From a virus, in the IMG/VR virus record IMGVR_UViG_3300017598_001140, positions 15,531-79,530 of that record: a stretch of 64,000 nt of DNA; one strand, 5' to 3'. The translations under genes and the position numbers were made by a program. Positions 1 to 7,910 of this stretch are shown here, piece by piece. The notes below the pieces were generated by a model, which saw nothing but the letters and a program-made list of their open reading frames with translations, was not told the DNA's origin and made no database searches. Positions within the stretch are counted from its first letter, which is position 1; each line of letters begins with the position of its first letter.

Positions 1-2
1 GG

Positions 3-1046
3 GAAGAGGCGGAGGAAGGTACGCCGGTCGACAAGCTTGCCAACGAAGTGATTCATAGGCGGATTTATTCTGGCCGTTCACCGTATGGCTTACCGCGTTA
101 CATTGGAAATTTGCTTTCGATTTTTGGTGATAGGGCGGCGGAAGAAATTAATTTCATAACTTTTAAAAACAACAATATTCCTTCAATGGTGATAACCGTC
201 AGCAACGGGCAATTGACCGATCCGACCATCGACCGCATAAAGGAGTTTGTAGAATCTCAAATTCAGGGCTCTGATAACTACAGCAAATTTTTGATATTGG
301 AAGCCGAGGGAGTTGAAGAGGGCGAAGACGGTTCGCAAGTGAAAGTTGAAGTGAAGCCATTGGTGTCGGAGCAGCACAAAGACGCATTGTTTCAACAGTA
401 CTCAAAAAACAATCAGGACAAGATACGGCGCCTGTGGAGGTTGCCGCCGATTTTCGTGGGTCGTTCAGACGACTATACCAGGGCTACAGCGGAGAGCAGT
501 AGGCGATTGGCGGACGAGCAAATTTTTTCTCCTGAAAGAGATGAGTTTGACGCATTGATGAACAGGGTAATTTTTCCGGAGATGGGAATTCTTTACCACA
601 AGTTCAAGTCGAATAGCCCTAACACAACAGACAACACGCAATTGGTGAAAATTTTGGCGAGCGCTGAGAAGACAGGCGGCATGAACCCGAAGATTGGCCG
701 CATGATTTTGGAAGATGTCTTGAACGCCGAGTTACCGGGGTTTCCGGATGATTTCGATCCGGATGTACCGTTCAGTTTGACGATGGCCGAAGCTGTGAAA
801 AACGAGGCAGACCCAACGGAGCCGGGGCAACAGGTCACGGCATTGAAAAATTTTGGCACTGCGTTTGGTATTGGAGAGGACGAAGAGGAATTAGTTGAAG
901 CGGAGTGCACGGAGTGCGGCAACGAGGAGTTTGTTTTGAAGTCGGACAGCACTGGAGATCCTGTTGTCGACCATTTGGTTGCATTGAAAAAGAACGTTGA
1001 AAAAAAGTGGAGAACGGCCGTGCTTGAGAACAGCGAAGAAGACTAA
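3..1046 (+). CDS. Phage portal protein (PBSX/HK97-like), 5'-truncated
   Basis: Frame is open from the window edge. Motifs YGLPRYIG, TFKNNNIPSMVITV and RLPPIFVGRSDDYTRATAE are typical of PBSX-family portals. First gene of the head module. Confidence 0.88.
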   Translation, partial: EEAEEGTPVDKLANEVIHRRIYSGRSPYGLPRYIGNLLSIFGDRAAEEINFITFKNNNIPSMVITVSNGQLTDPTIDRIKEFVESQIQGSDNYSKFLILEAEGVEEGEDGSQVKVEVKPLVSEQHKDALFQQYSKNNQDKIRRLWRLPPIFVGRSDDYTRATAESSRRLADEQIFSPERDEFDALMNRVIFPEMGILYHKFKSNSPNTTDNTQLVKILASAEKTGGMNPKIGRMILEDVLNAELPGFPDDFDPDVPFSLTMAEAVKNEADPTEPGQQVTALKNFGTAFGIGEDEEELVEAECTECGNEEFVLKSDSTGDPVVDHLVALKKNVEKKWRTAVLENSEED

Positions 1047-1048
1047 AA

Positions 1049-3133
1049 ATGTGCTTAGACACCATTCATCTTGGCAGGGTCGCGGCTGACGCTCTATTGG
1101 CCAAGGCTCTAATGATTTCCGAAGTCGCCCAGATGTCTCGCGCCGAAGTTCGCATGCGAGAGTTTTTGATTGGCTCTTGGAACAAGCGAAAAGCCAAGGC
1201 CGAAAAACGCGCTGTTGAATTGGCGGAGAAGCTAAAAAGTCCAAGCGAAATAACAAAAGAGATCGATAAAATAATGGAGGGGTGGGCTGGCGAAGCTTCA
1301 GTGGTGGTTGAAGACGAGATGGATTTGATTTTTCGTCTTGGATTGAACATTGGTTACAAAAAAGCAACGCGGCAAACGAAAGCTGATTTGAATTATGTTT
1401 TGCCGAAAACAAACGACGTTGATGTGGAGAAAGCGGGTAAGAAAAAAGTTGCTGAGATTTTACCAAGCTTCACAATCGCGGACGAAAGAGCTATTGATGC
1501 TCTAAAAAAACACCAAGTGTTTTGGATTGGTGAGCATTACAAAAAAAACGTTTCAAAAACAATAGGGAAAAGAGTCAAGCAAACGATGCTCGAAGCTGGC
1601 GAGAGTCCGCTTAAAGCCGGAAAGCTTATGCGCGTGAAGGTTAGAGATGCGCTTACTCACGTAAAGGTTCCCGGCGGTTTTAATGGAACTAATTTGCAAT
1701 ATTTTGAAGGCGTGAGCGCGAACGCTGCGACAGTTGCAAGGGTCAACGGCCAGTTGAGATCCTTTGCTTCTATTGGAATTAGAAGCTATAGGATTTCTGC
1801 CGTTAATGACAGGAGAACTTGTGACCGCTGTTCGCATATGGACGGGAAGGTTTTTCAAACGTCGCAAGGGCTTTCGCAAATGAGTTCTGTATTGGATGCG
1901 AAAACGCCAAACGCGGTGAAAGCCGCGCATCCGTGGCCCAACTCTAAAGAGCTGAAAGCTATCTCCTCAAAGGCCGGGCCGCAATCAGGTAAAGCAGGCG
2001 TTGCAGATGCAAAGGCGTTGTCGTCTGCCGGATTGGCCATGCCGCCGTATCATTTTAAGTGTCGGTGCACTGTCGATATATCGGACGATATTAGGTCGTA
2101 CGATCAGCTTTTGCCGATGTCGGTTCCTGCGCCTAAGAAACCTCCGTCAGCGGCGTTCAAACCGAAGCCGAAACCGAAGCCGAAAAAGAAGCCATTGGTG
2201 CCAGAAAAAATAAGTGCTTCGGAGCTTGCAAAAGAGAAGCAGAGAATCAGCGATTTAGAAAGCGCGAAGTATGTTGAAAGCCATGCTTTGGGCGTGGGAG
2301 TGAATGACGCTCACCTTGTGACTTTTAAAGCAAAAACAGGAGAAGAAATAAAAGGCATTTACAAGTCGGCTGCTTCTGAATACGAAAATATCAGGCCCGG
2401 ATTGAAAACGGGTACTTATTACAAGCGCGAGGTGGCTTTGTACGAATTGGATAAAGCGCTAGGAGGAGCGAAGGTTGTTCCGCCAACGGTCGTTCGAGAT
2501 ATAAAAAAATTAGGAGGGAAAGGCAGTCTTCAATTTTTTGAAAAAGATGCCAAAATGATAGACCATTTTGGAGAAGATGACGTGGCTGCTTTTCTTAAAG
2601 CGAAAGGCGCAGCAGATCCGACTTTGAGAAAAACTTTTTTGCTCGATATTATCAGTGGCAATGACGACAGGCATAGCCAGAACATAATGTTTAAAATGAT
2701 AAAGGGCGGTAAAGGAACAAAGCGGATTGGAAAAGCGGTTGCGATTGATAATGGTTTGACGTTTCCGAGAGGTCATCCGATTCGCTTTATGTTTCCGGGC
2801 GATGTGTATGTTTCGACCGGAGATTACACAACTAAATTATTGGCATTGGATAAAATCAGCCACGCACAAGTGAAGAAATTGGACTTGAAAAAAGTGGCTG
2901 CGATGCTGAAGAAAAACGGGGTTGAACGTCATCCGATTAAGCAAGCTCTTGTACGCATAAGGGCTTTGCAAAAAGATCCAAAAGCAATCGCCAATATAAA
3001 AACGCAATACCACTTAGAACCCGATCAAAAAGTGGAGATGTTTTTTGAAAAGAGTGTCGATACTCCGTACCGGCTTGTTGGGAATAAAGACCATGATAAA
3101 ATTTTGAAAATTGTAGCGGAAATTTTTGATTAA
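1049..3133 (+). CDS. MuF/SPP1 gp7-like minor head protein with C-terminal PI3/PI4-kinase/HipA-like domain
   Basis: Follows the portal. MuF motifs DRRTCDRCSHMDGKVF and PPYHFKCRC, a Pro/Lys linker, then kinase motifs GIYK, KREVALYELD, VPPTVVR, GSLQFF, DIISGNDDRHSQN, AIDNGLTF. Confidence 0.85.
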   Translation: MCLDTIHLGRVAADALLAKALMISEVAQMSRAEVRMREFLIGSWNKRKAKAEKRAVELAEKLKSPSEITKEIDKIMEGWAGEASVVVEDEMDLIFRLGLNIGYKKATRQTKADLNYVLPKTNDVDVEKAGKKKVAEILPSFTIADERAIDALKKHQVFWIGEHYKKNVSKTIGKRVKQTMLEAGESPLKAGKLMRVKVRDALTHVKVPGGFNGTNLQYFEGVSANAATVARVNGQLRSFASIGIRSYRISAVNDRRTCDRCSHMDGKVFQTSQGLSQMSSVLDAKTPNAVKAAHPWPNSKELKAISSKAGPQSGKAGVADAKALSSAGLAMPPYHFKCRCTVDISDDIRSYDQLLPMSVPAPKKPPSAAFKPKPKPKPKKKPLVPEKISASELAKEKQRISDLESAKYVESHALGVGVNDAHLVTFKAKTGEEIKGIYKSAASEYENIRPGLKTGTYYKREVALYELDKALGGAKVVPPTVVRDIKKLGGKGSLQFFEKDAKMIDHFGEDDVAAFLKAKGAADPTLRKTFLLDIISGNDDRHSQNIMFKMIKGGKGTKRIGKAVAIDNGLTFPRGHPIRFMFPGDVYVSTGDYTTKLLALDKISHAQVKKLDLKKVAAMLKKNGVERHPIKQALVRIRALQKDPKAIANIKTQYHLEPDQKVEMFFEKSVDTPYRLVGNKDHDKILKIVAEIFD

Positions 3134-3171
3134 AAATCACCACGTCGGCTGCAAATCTAGTCAGGTTTAAT

Positions 3172-3468
3172 ATGGACATAAAAATAGTAAAATACGATTC
3201 GGAAACCGAAGAGCTAAAATTGCTGGCGGTATTTCGTTTGCGGAAGAAAAAAGTCAAAGCAGAATGGTACGGGAAAAGCGATTCCCTGAAGCACAACATA
3301 GAGAGGAACGGGGTGGCGACAGGCAACGGTCTTTTCTTCATGAAAGACGGAAAAGATTTCATGGACAATTTGCTTTTTGCGTACGCGCAAAGCAGTTTTG
3401 TATCTGCTGTTGAAATAAAAAAAGACCACAAGCCGAAATTGAAAACCAAATCCAAAAAAGACGATTGA
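3172..3468 (+). CDS. Small hypothetical protein, candidate immunity/partner of the MuF-kinase
   Basis: 98-aa ORF 38 bp after the MuF-kinase, in the position immunity genes occupy in MuF toxin loci. Function inferred from position only. Confidence 0.55.
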   Translation: MDIKIVKYDSETEELKLLAVFRLRKKKVKAEWYGKSDSLKHNIERNGVATGNGLFFMKDGKDFMDNLLFAYAQSSFVSAVEIKKDHKPKLKTKSKKDD

Positions 3469-3618
3469 CGAGGCTCGGCGCTCGTATGTGGCTTTCATTG
3501 GTTGCTATTTTCATAGCTTCTGAATTATCCTAGTATAAAAAAAATCCAGTATAACTTACGTTTTATTTTGCTTTTTTCACGTTTCGCGTTAGGCTTGCGT
3601 TGATACGGCATTGGAAGC

Positions 3619-4053
3619 GTGGAGATTATTTTGGAAACAGAAATTTGTGGGCAAAAAGAAGAATTCAGTATCTTTGTTCCCATAGCAAAAGCAAACAAAG
3701 AAGAGCACACCGTGACAGGCGTTGTGCTTCAACCAGAAGTAACAGACGCTCAGGGCGATATTATGTCGGCCAATGTCATCAAACAGGCCGCGCACGATTT
3801 TCTCTCAAAGTACAATAAAAAAACAGAGCTTGGCTTCATGCACAAAAGTTTTAAGCGGCGTTTCGAGCTGCTTGAATCTTACGTTGCGCCAATGGATTTT
3901 GTTTTGAAAAGTGCTGTCATAAAAGCGGGTTCATGGATTGTGACCGTCAGGGTAAAAGAGACGAAAGTTTGGAAGATGATCAAGGACGGAAACATAACGG
4001 GGTTTTCGATTGGTGGGAAAGCAAAAGTTGTCATGGTGGAAGCTAATGACTAA
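3619..4053 (+). CDS. XkdF-like prohead serine protease
   Basis: GVVLQPEVTDAQGD, AAHDF, MH, ESYVAP, GSW, WKMIKDGNITGFSIGG. Confidence 0.88.
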   Translation: MEIILETEICGQKEEFSIFVPIAKANKEEHTVTGVVLQPEVTDAQGDIMSANVIKQAAHDFLSKYNKKTELGFMHKSFKRRFELLESYVAPMDFVLKSAVIKAGSWIVTVRVKETKVWKMIKDGNITGFSIGGKAKVVMVEAND

Positions 4054-4966
4054 TAAAACTAAAAGGCGTTTTGTGGCGCTTGCAGTCGACGAACTTTCGC
4101 TGGTGGATACGCCAGCTAACGAAAAAGAATTTGCCGTTGTCAAGCGGCTACAAACGGAGGAAGAAATGGCAATCGAAAAAGATACCAAAGTAGAGAAAGG
4201 CTCTGCCGAGGAAACCGACGAAAAAAGCATTGAGAAAAAAGCCGTTGGCGACGGTGTTGAGAAGGTAGAAACAGAGGTTCCGGATACCAACGACGAAGCT
4301 GTCGAAAAAGCGATGGGGAAAGTCGTCGAAATGGTTGAAGGGATTGTCAAAAAATCCGAGAAAAAGAAGGAAGAAAAAGCCGAGGACGAGGACGAAGCCG
4401 AAGCCGAAGAAGAAGGCGGCGGAAAGAAGAAAGCGAAAGCGGAAAAGAAAGCGACTCCGCGAGAAGTTTTTGAAGAGCAGATGAAGAAAAACGGCGTGAA
4501 AGATGACGCGCTGAAAACTGCGCTTGAAGCCTTCGACGATTCGGCTGGCGTGGAGAAATCCGAAAAGCCCGAAGAAGAGGTTGAAAAGAGGAAGGACGAC
4601 GAGGTTCTTGAGGCGCTTGAAGCTTCCATTGGAAAAGCCAAGAGATTCACGCCCGGCCGCATGGACACTTTGAAAAACGCCATTGGAACTTTGCAAAAAC
4701 TTCTCGGCGAATTGACGCCTGCGGAAAAAGCAGTGGAAGAGGCCACAGAGGGAGCGCTTGAAGGCGGTTTAGGCTCGGCGGTTGCGAAGGCTCTCAAAGA
4801 ATTCAACGTCAAACTCGACGGCGTGGTAGAGACTCAGAAAAATGTCGGCGAGAGAGTCAAGGAAATAGAAGAGGCGAGGAATCCGTCAGCGTCATTGGAA
4901 GAGGATGGCGAAACAGATACGGACGTGGTTGAAACAGAAAAAAGTCTTTGGAAGGGTGTTATCTAA
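4046..4966 (+). CDS. Capsid scaffolding protein with N-terminal ELSLVDxPAN protease-fold segment
   Basis: ATG 4046 overlaps the end of the protease gene. Glu/Lys-rich low-complexity body, C-terminal KSLWKGVI. Lies between protease and capsid genes. Confidence 0.75.
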   Translation: MTNKTKRRFVALAVDELSLVDTPANEKEFAVVKRLQTEEEMAIEKDTKVEKGSAEETDEKSIEKKAVGDGVEKVETEVPDTNDEAVEKAMGKVVEMVEGIVKKSEKKKEEKAEDEDEAEAEEEGGGKKKAKAEKKATPREVFEEQMKKNGVKDDALKTALEAFDDSAGVEKSEKPEEEVEKRKDDEVLEALEASIGKAKRFTPGRMDTLKNAIGTLQKLLGELTPAEKAVEEATEGALEGGLGSAVAKALKEFNVKLDGVVETQKNVGERVKEIEEARNPSASLEEDGETDTDVVETEKSLWKGVI

Positions 4967-5016
4967 AAAAGGCCGCAAAAACAGGCCATAAGCCAAACGT
5001 TATACAGGAGGAAGAA

Positions 5017-6219
5017 ATGGCTCAGATACCAAACGAAGAATTGGTCCAGAAAGCGGTCATCACAGCAGATGCATTGGCCGCAAGTGGAAAGCTAAACACT
5101 GCGCAATCAGACAAGTTTATCGATTATGTAGTCGATGAAAGTGTTCTGAAAAACAACGCGCGAGTGGTTCGCTTCAGGAATGAAGATCTCGACATCGATA
5201 AAATCGGGATTGGAACCAGGGCAGCCGTGCCGAAATCCGAAGCAGTTGATCCGGGTGTGCGTCGCGGAGTCAACACTTCAAAGATCACGCTGACACCAAA
5301 AGAGATCATGGTGCCGTTCGAGATTGGTGACACTTTCCGCGAAGTCAATCTCGAAGGTGAGAGCGTGGAAGATCACATCATCCAGATGTTCGCCAAGCAG
5401 CTTTCAAACGACCTCGAAGATCTCTATATCAACGGCAACCTATTGGGGCCGGGCGTATTGGAGTCCGAGCTTCTCGACGGCGGTTCAAGCTCTCTGTATG
5501 TCAAGGATTCTTACTTGGCATTGCAGGACGGTTGGAACCAAGCGGCTGAGAGCGGAAACGTGGTTGATGCGGAAGGCGCGAACATTGGTCTGAGCGTTTT
5601 CAATAAAGGCTTGCTTGCAATGCCTACCAAGTTTCGCAGGAATCGCGGAGCGCTCCGGTTTTTCACAAGTCCCGACCTTGCACAGATGTACATGGAGAAG
5701 CTGAGCACTCGTGCAACAGGTGCCGGTGACGAGGCTGCGCGTGGTCGTGGTCTGATGCCTTTCGGCGTGCCAATCACAGAGGTTCCGCTTCTGCAATATC
5801 TGCCGCCGGTTACAGAGCATGTGGTTCTCGACGACGTGACTCCTGTTTCATTGCTCAACAAGAATGTTTCCAATGTCGTTGTGACTCCGATCACATTGGG
5901 TGGCGCGCCAACCGCTGCTTATCCAAACGGCGGATCGGGTGGTTATATTCTCGACGCAGCCAACGGAACGCTTCTGTCCTACGATAGTGGCTCCGGTCTT
6001 GACACCGAAACCGTGAAGGTCACGTACTCGGCGAGTCCGCAAATTCTTTTGACCCATATGAACAACTTCATCATTGGGATTGGAAGAGACATCCGGATCG
6101 AAAAAGACAGAGACATCTTCAAGGGCGTGAATCAGTATGCGATCACGGCGAAAGTGTCTGTCAATTTTGAAGAAGACAGCGCGATTGTCAAAATTCGCAA
6201 TGTCGGAACTGGCGTCTGA
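5017..6219 (+). CDS. Major capsid protein (HK97 fold, XkdG/P2-like)
   Basis: AGGAGG RBS. Motifs GKLNTAQSDKFIDYVVDES, FAKQLSNDLEDLYINGN, MPTKFR, IGRDIRIEKDRDIFKG. Follows the scaffold. Confidence 0.9.
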   Translation: MAQIPNEELVQKAVITADALAASGKLNTAQSDKFIDYVVDESVLKNNARVVRFRNEDLDIDKIGIGTRAAVPKSEAVDPGVRRGVNTSKITLTPKEIMVPFEIGDTFREVNLEGESVEDHIIQMFAKQLSNDLEDLYINGNLLGPGVLESELLDGGSSSLYVKDSYLALQDGWNQAAESGNVVDAEGANIGLSVFNKGLLAMPTKFRRNRGALRFFTSPDLAQMYMEKLSTRATGAGDEAARGRGLMPFGVPITEVPLLQYLPPVTEHVVLDDVTPVSLLNKNVSNVVVTPITLGGAPTAAYPNGGSGGYILDAANGTLLSYDSGSGLDTETVKVTYSASPQILLTHMNNFIIGIGRDIRIEKDRDIFKGVNQYAITAKVSVNFEEDSAIVKIRNVGTGV

Positions 6220-6224
6220 TAAAA

Positions 6225-6267
6225 GCGTGTTGACCGGCTGATCGTGAGCATTGGCCGGTCGGTGTGC
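6225..6267 (+). terminator. 18-bp RNA hairpin (rich in G-U pairs) after the major capsid gene; mRNA stabiliser or attenuator
   Basis: GCGTGTTGACCGGCTGAT pairs with ATTGGCCGGTCGGTGTGC around a 7-nt loop. No U-tract follows. Confidence 0.5.
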
Positions 6268-6294
6268 GCAGCCATTGCTTGGAGGTACTCAAAG

Positions 6295-6687
6295 ATGGCA
6301 AAAGCAGAAATAAAATTGATGAAGGGTCGGTCTTTGACCGTTCGAGGCAGGAAGCTACTTCCCGGCTACCCTCAAACAATAACAGACGCCGCAGATATTC
6401 AATATTTCAAAGGTGTGAGCACTGTTCAAGTTACTGTATTGGAAGACAGCCCAAAGAAAGTCAGTGCGCCTGCGCCAGAGATTGAAAAGAAAGCGTCTGT
6501 TGAACCCAAACAAGAACCTAAAAACATGGAACCCGCAAAAAAGAGATTCAGTGAAGGGACGTTGAAAGACATGAACAAAACTGATTTGATTTCTGTGGCG
6601 ACCGGAATGGGTCTTTACGTGGATAAAAGTGATAAGAAAAAAGTAATTATCACGGAGATCCTAGAGGCTCAGGACGCGGAGGAATGA
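6295..6687 (+). CDS. Head-associated protein with C-terminal Rho-N/HeH-like helical domain
   Basis: GGAGG RBS. C-terminal LKDMNKTDLISVATGMGL..DKKKVIITEIL. Such genes commonly follow the capsid gene. Confidence 0.6.
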   Translation: MAKAEIKLMKGRSLTVRGRKLLPGYPQTITDAADIQYFKGVSTVQVTVLEDSPKKVSAPAPEIEKKASVEPKQEPKNMEPAKKRFSEGTLKDMNKTDLISVATGMGLYVDKSDKKKVIITEILEAQDAEE

Positions 6688-6688
6688 C

Positions 6689-7054
6689 ATGCCGATAGTT
6701 CAGATGCCAAGAGGTGTGTCGCCTGTTCAAGTTGAGTTTGTTTTCAAGGGTAAAGACGCTGCCAAAGAAGAAGCTTCTTTCGAGCGCTCCGTGAAAGGAG
6801 CGATACATTTTAGGCCCGGTTGCACAAAGGTAATCACAAACGACGAGCTTGCTTATATCGAGAAGAATAAGAAAAAGCTTGCTGTTAAATTGCATGTAGT
6901 GCCGGGGACAAAAAATGTGTCGGTTAAAAAGGCCGAAAAAAAGGTCGAAGAAAAACCGGAAAAAGAAGAGCGGGAAACAGCGCGATCCGAGAAGCCAACA
7001 ACAGGCGACAAAGGCGATAGGAATAAGAAGGGTAAGAAGTCGTCAGGCGGATAA
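6689..7054 (+). CDS. Hypothetical protein (head module)
   Basis: ORF starts 1 bp after the upstream stop; Lys/Glu-rich tail. Confidence 0.55.
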   Translation: MPIVQMPRGVSPVQVEFVFKGKDAAKEEASFERSVKGAIHFRPGCTKVITNDELAYIEKNKKKLAVKLHVVPGTKNVSVKKAEKKVEEKPEKEERETARSEKPTTGDKGDRNKKGKKSSGG

Positions 7055-7106
7055 AACGCATGGCAGATAAATCCTTGCTAGGCTCTTAGCTCTATGAGGT
7101 AACGCC

Positions 7107-7562
7107 ATGATTAAACTTCACACCAACGACGGTCAAACAAATCGAATTGACCTCGGAGACGAACAGCAAGCTAGAGAATGGTTGAAACGCTTGAAAGATG
7201 CAGCTTTCCAGAAGACGATCACAGGTGTCTCTGTGCTGCAAAAATGCGGTGGCCATTTTCGTTGTCCGGCTTGTAGTCGATCATCAAAATTAATTTGCTC
7301 GCATTGCGGCTCTTCGGCTAACCAAGTGGAGTGCGGAACGGGCGTTCAATTTTCGCTGTCCAGACCTATTGGAATGGATGGTGTTTTCTATCTTGTCGAG
7401 AATATCGAGCCGGATAAAAAAACCAAAACAAAAGGCGGAGAAAAAGTTACTTGTTTTGCTGGCGAAAACAGGTTGACTTTAATGGTTCATCGGTGTCAAT
7501 CGGCTGCGAAAATTTCTTTGTCGAAAACAGGGAAGCAAAGGTTTAATCCCAACGAGGTTTAA
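7107..7562 (+). CDS. Hypothetical protein with double CxxC zinc ribbon
   Basis: GAGG RBS; CPAC...CSHC. Confidence 0.55.
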   Translation: MIKLHTNDGQTNRIDLGDEQQAREWLKRLKDAAFQKTITGVSVLQKCGGHFRCPACSRSSKLICSHCGSSANQVECGTGVQFSLSRPIGMDGVFYLVENIEPDKKTKTKGGEKVTCFAGENRLTLMVHRCQSAAKISLSKTGKQRFNPNEV

Positions 7563-7910
7563 ATGGCGCGGAGTCTTCAAAAATTAAAGCAGATTGATAC
7601 GCCGTTAGGGTACGACGATCAGAGGACCGGAGCCGAAGTTTCAAACACAGAAACAACGGCCGACGATTTGGAAAAAGTTTTCCACGGCATGCTGAGCCAG
7701 TTGAAGCGAATTATTCACGGTGAAGACGCCGGGAATTGGTTCGATAATATCAACTCTGTTTTTGGTGAAGACGTTTCTTTAAAAGCTCTGTTGGCAAAGA
7801 TTGGAACCGGCGGTGGTGGTGGTATTGATGAAGATAAAATCTTGGTAGAGCGAACAACAGGATTGGTTATGATTCTCCGCGCTACCGGAAATGTATTGGT
7901 GAGAAGATGA
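7563..7910 (+). CDS. Hypothetical virion protein (possible fibre anchor/adaptor)
   Basis: Abuts the upstream gene and overlaps the giant fibre start (ATGA). Poly-Gly hinge. Confidence 0.5.
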   Translation: MARSLQKLKQIDTPLGYDDQRTGAEVSNTETTADDLEKVFHGMLSQLKRIIHGEDAGNWFDNINSVFGEDVSLKALLAKIGTGGGGGIDEDKILVERTTGLVMILRATGNVLVRR

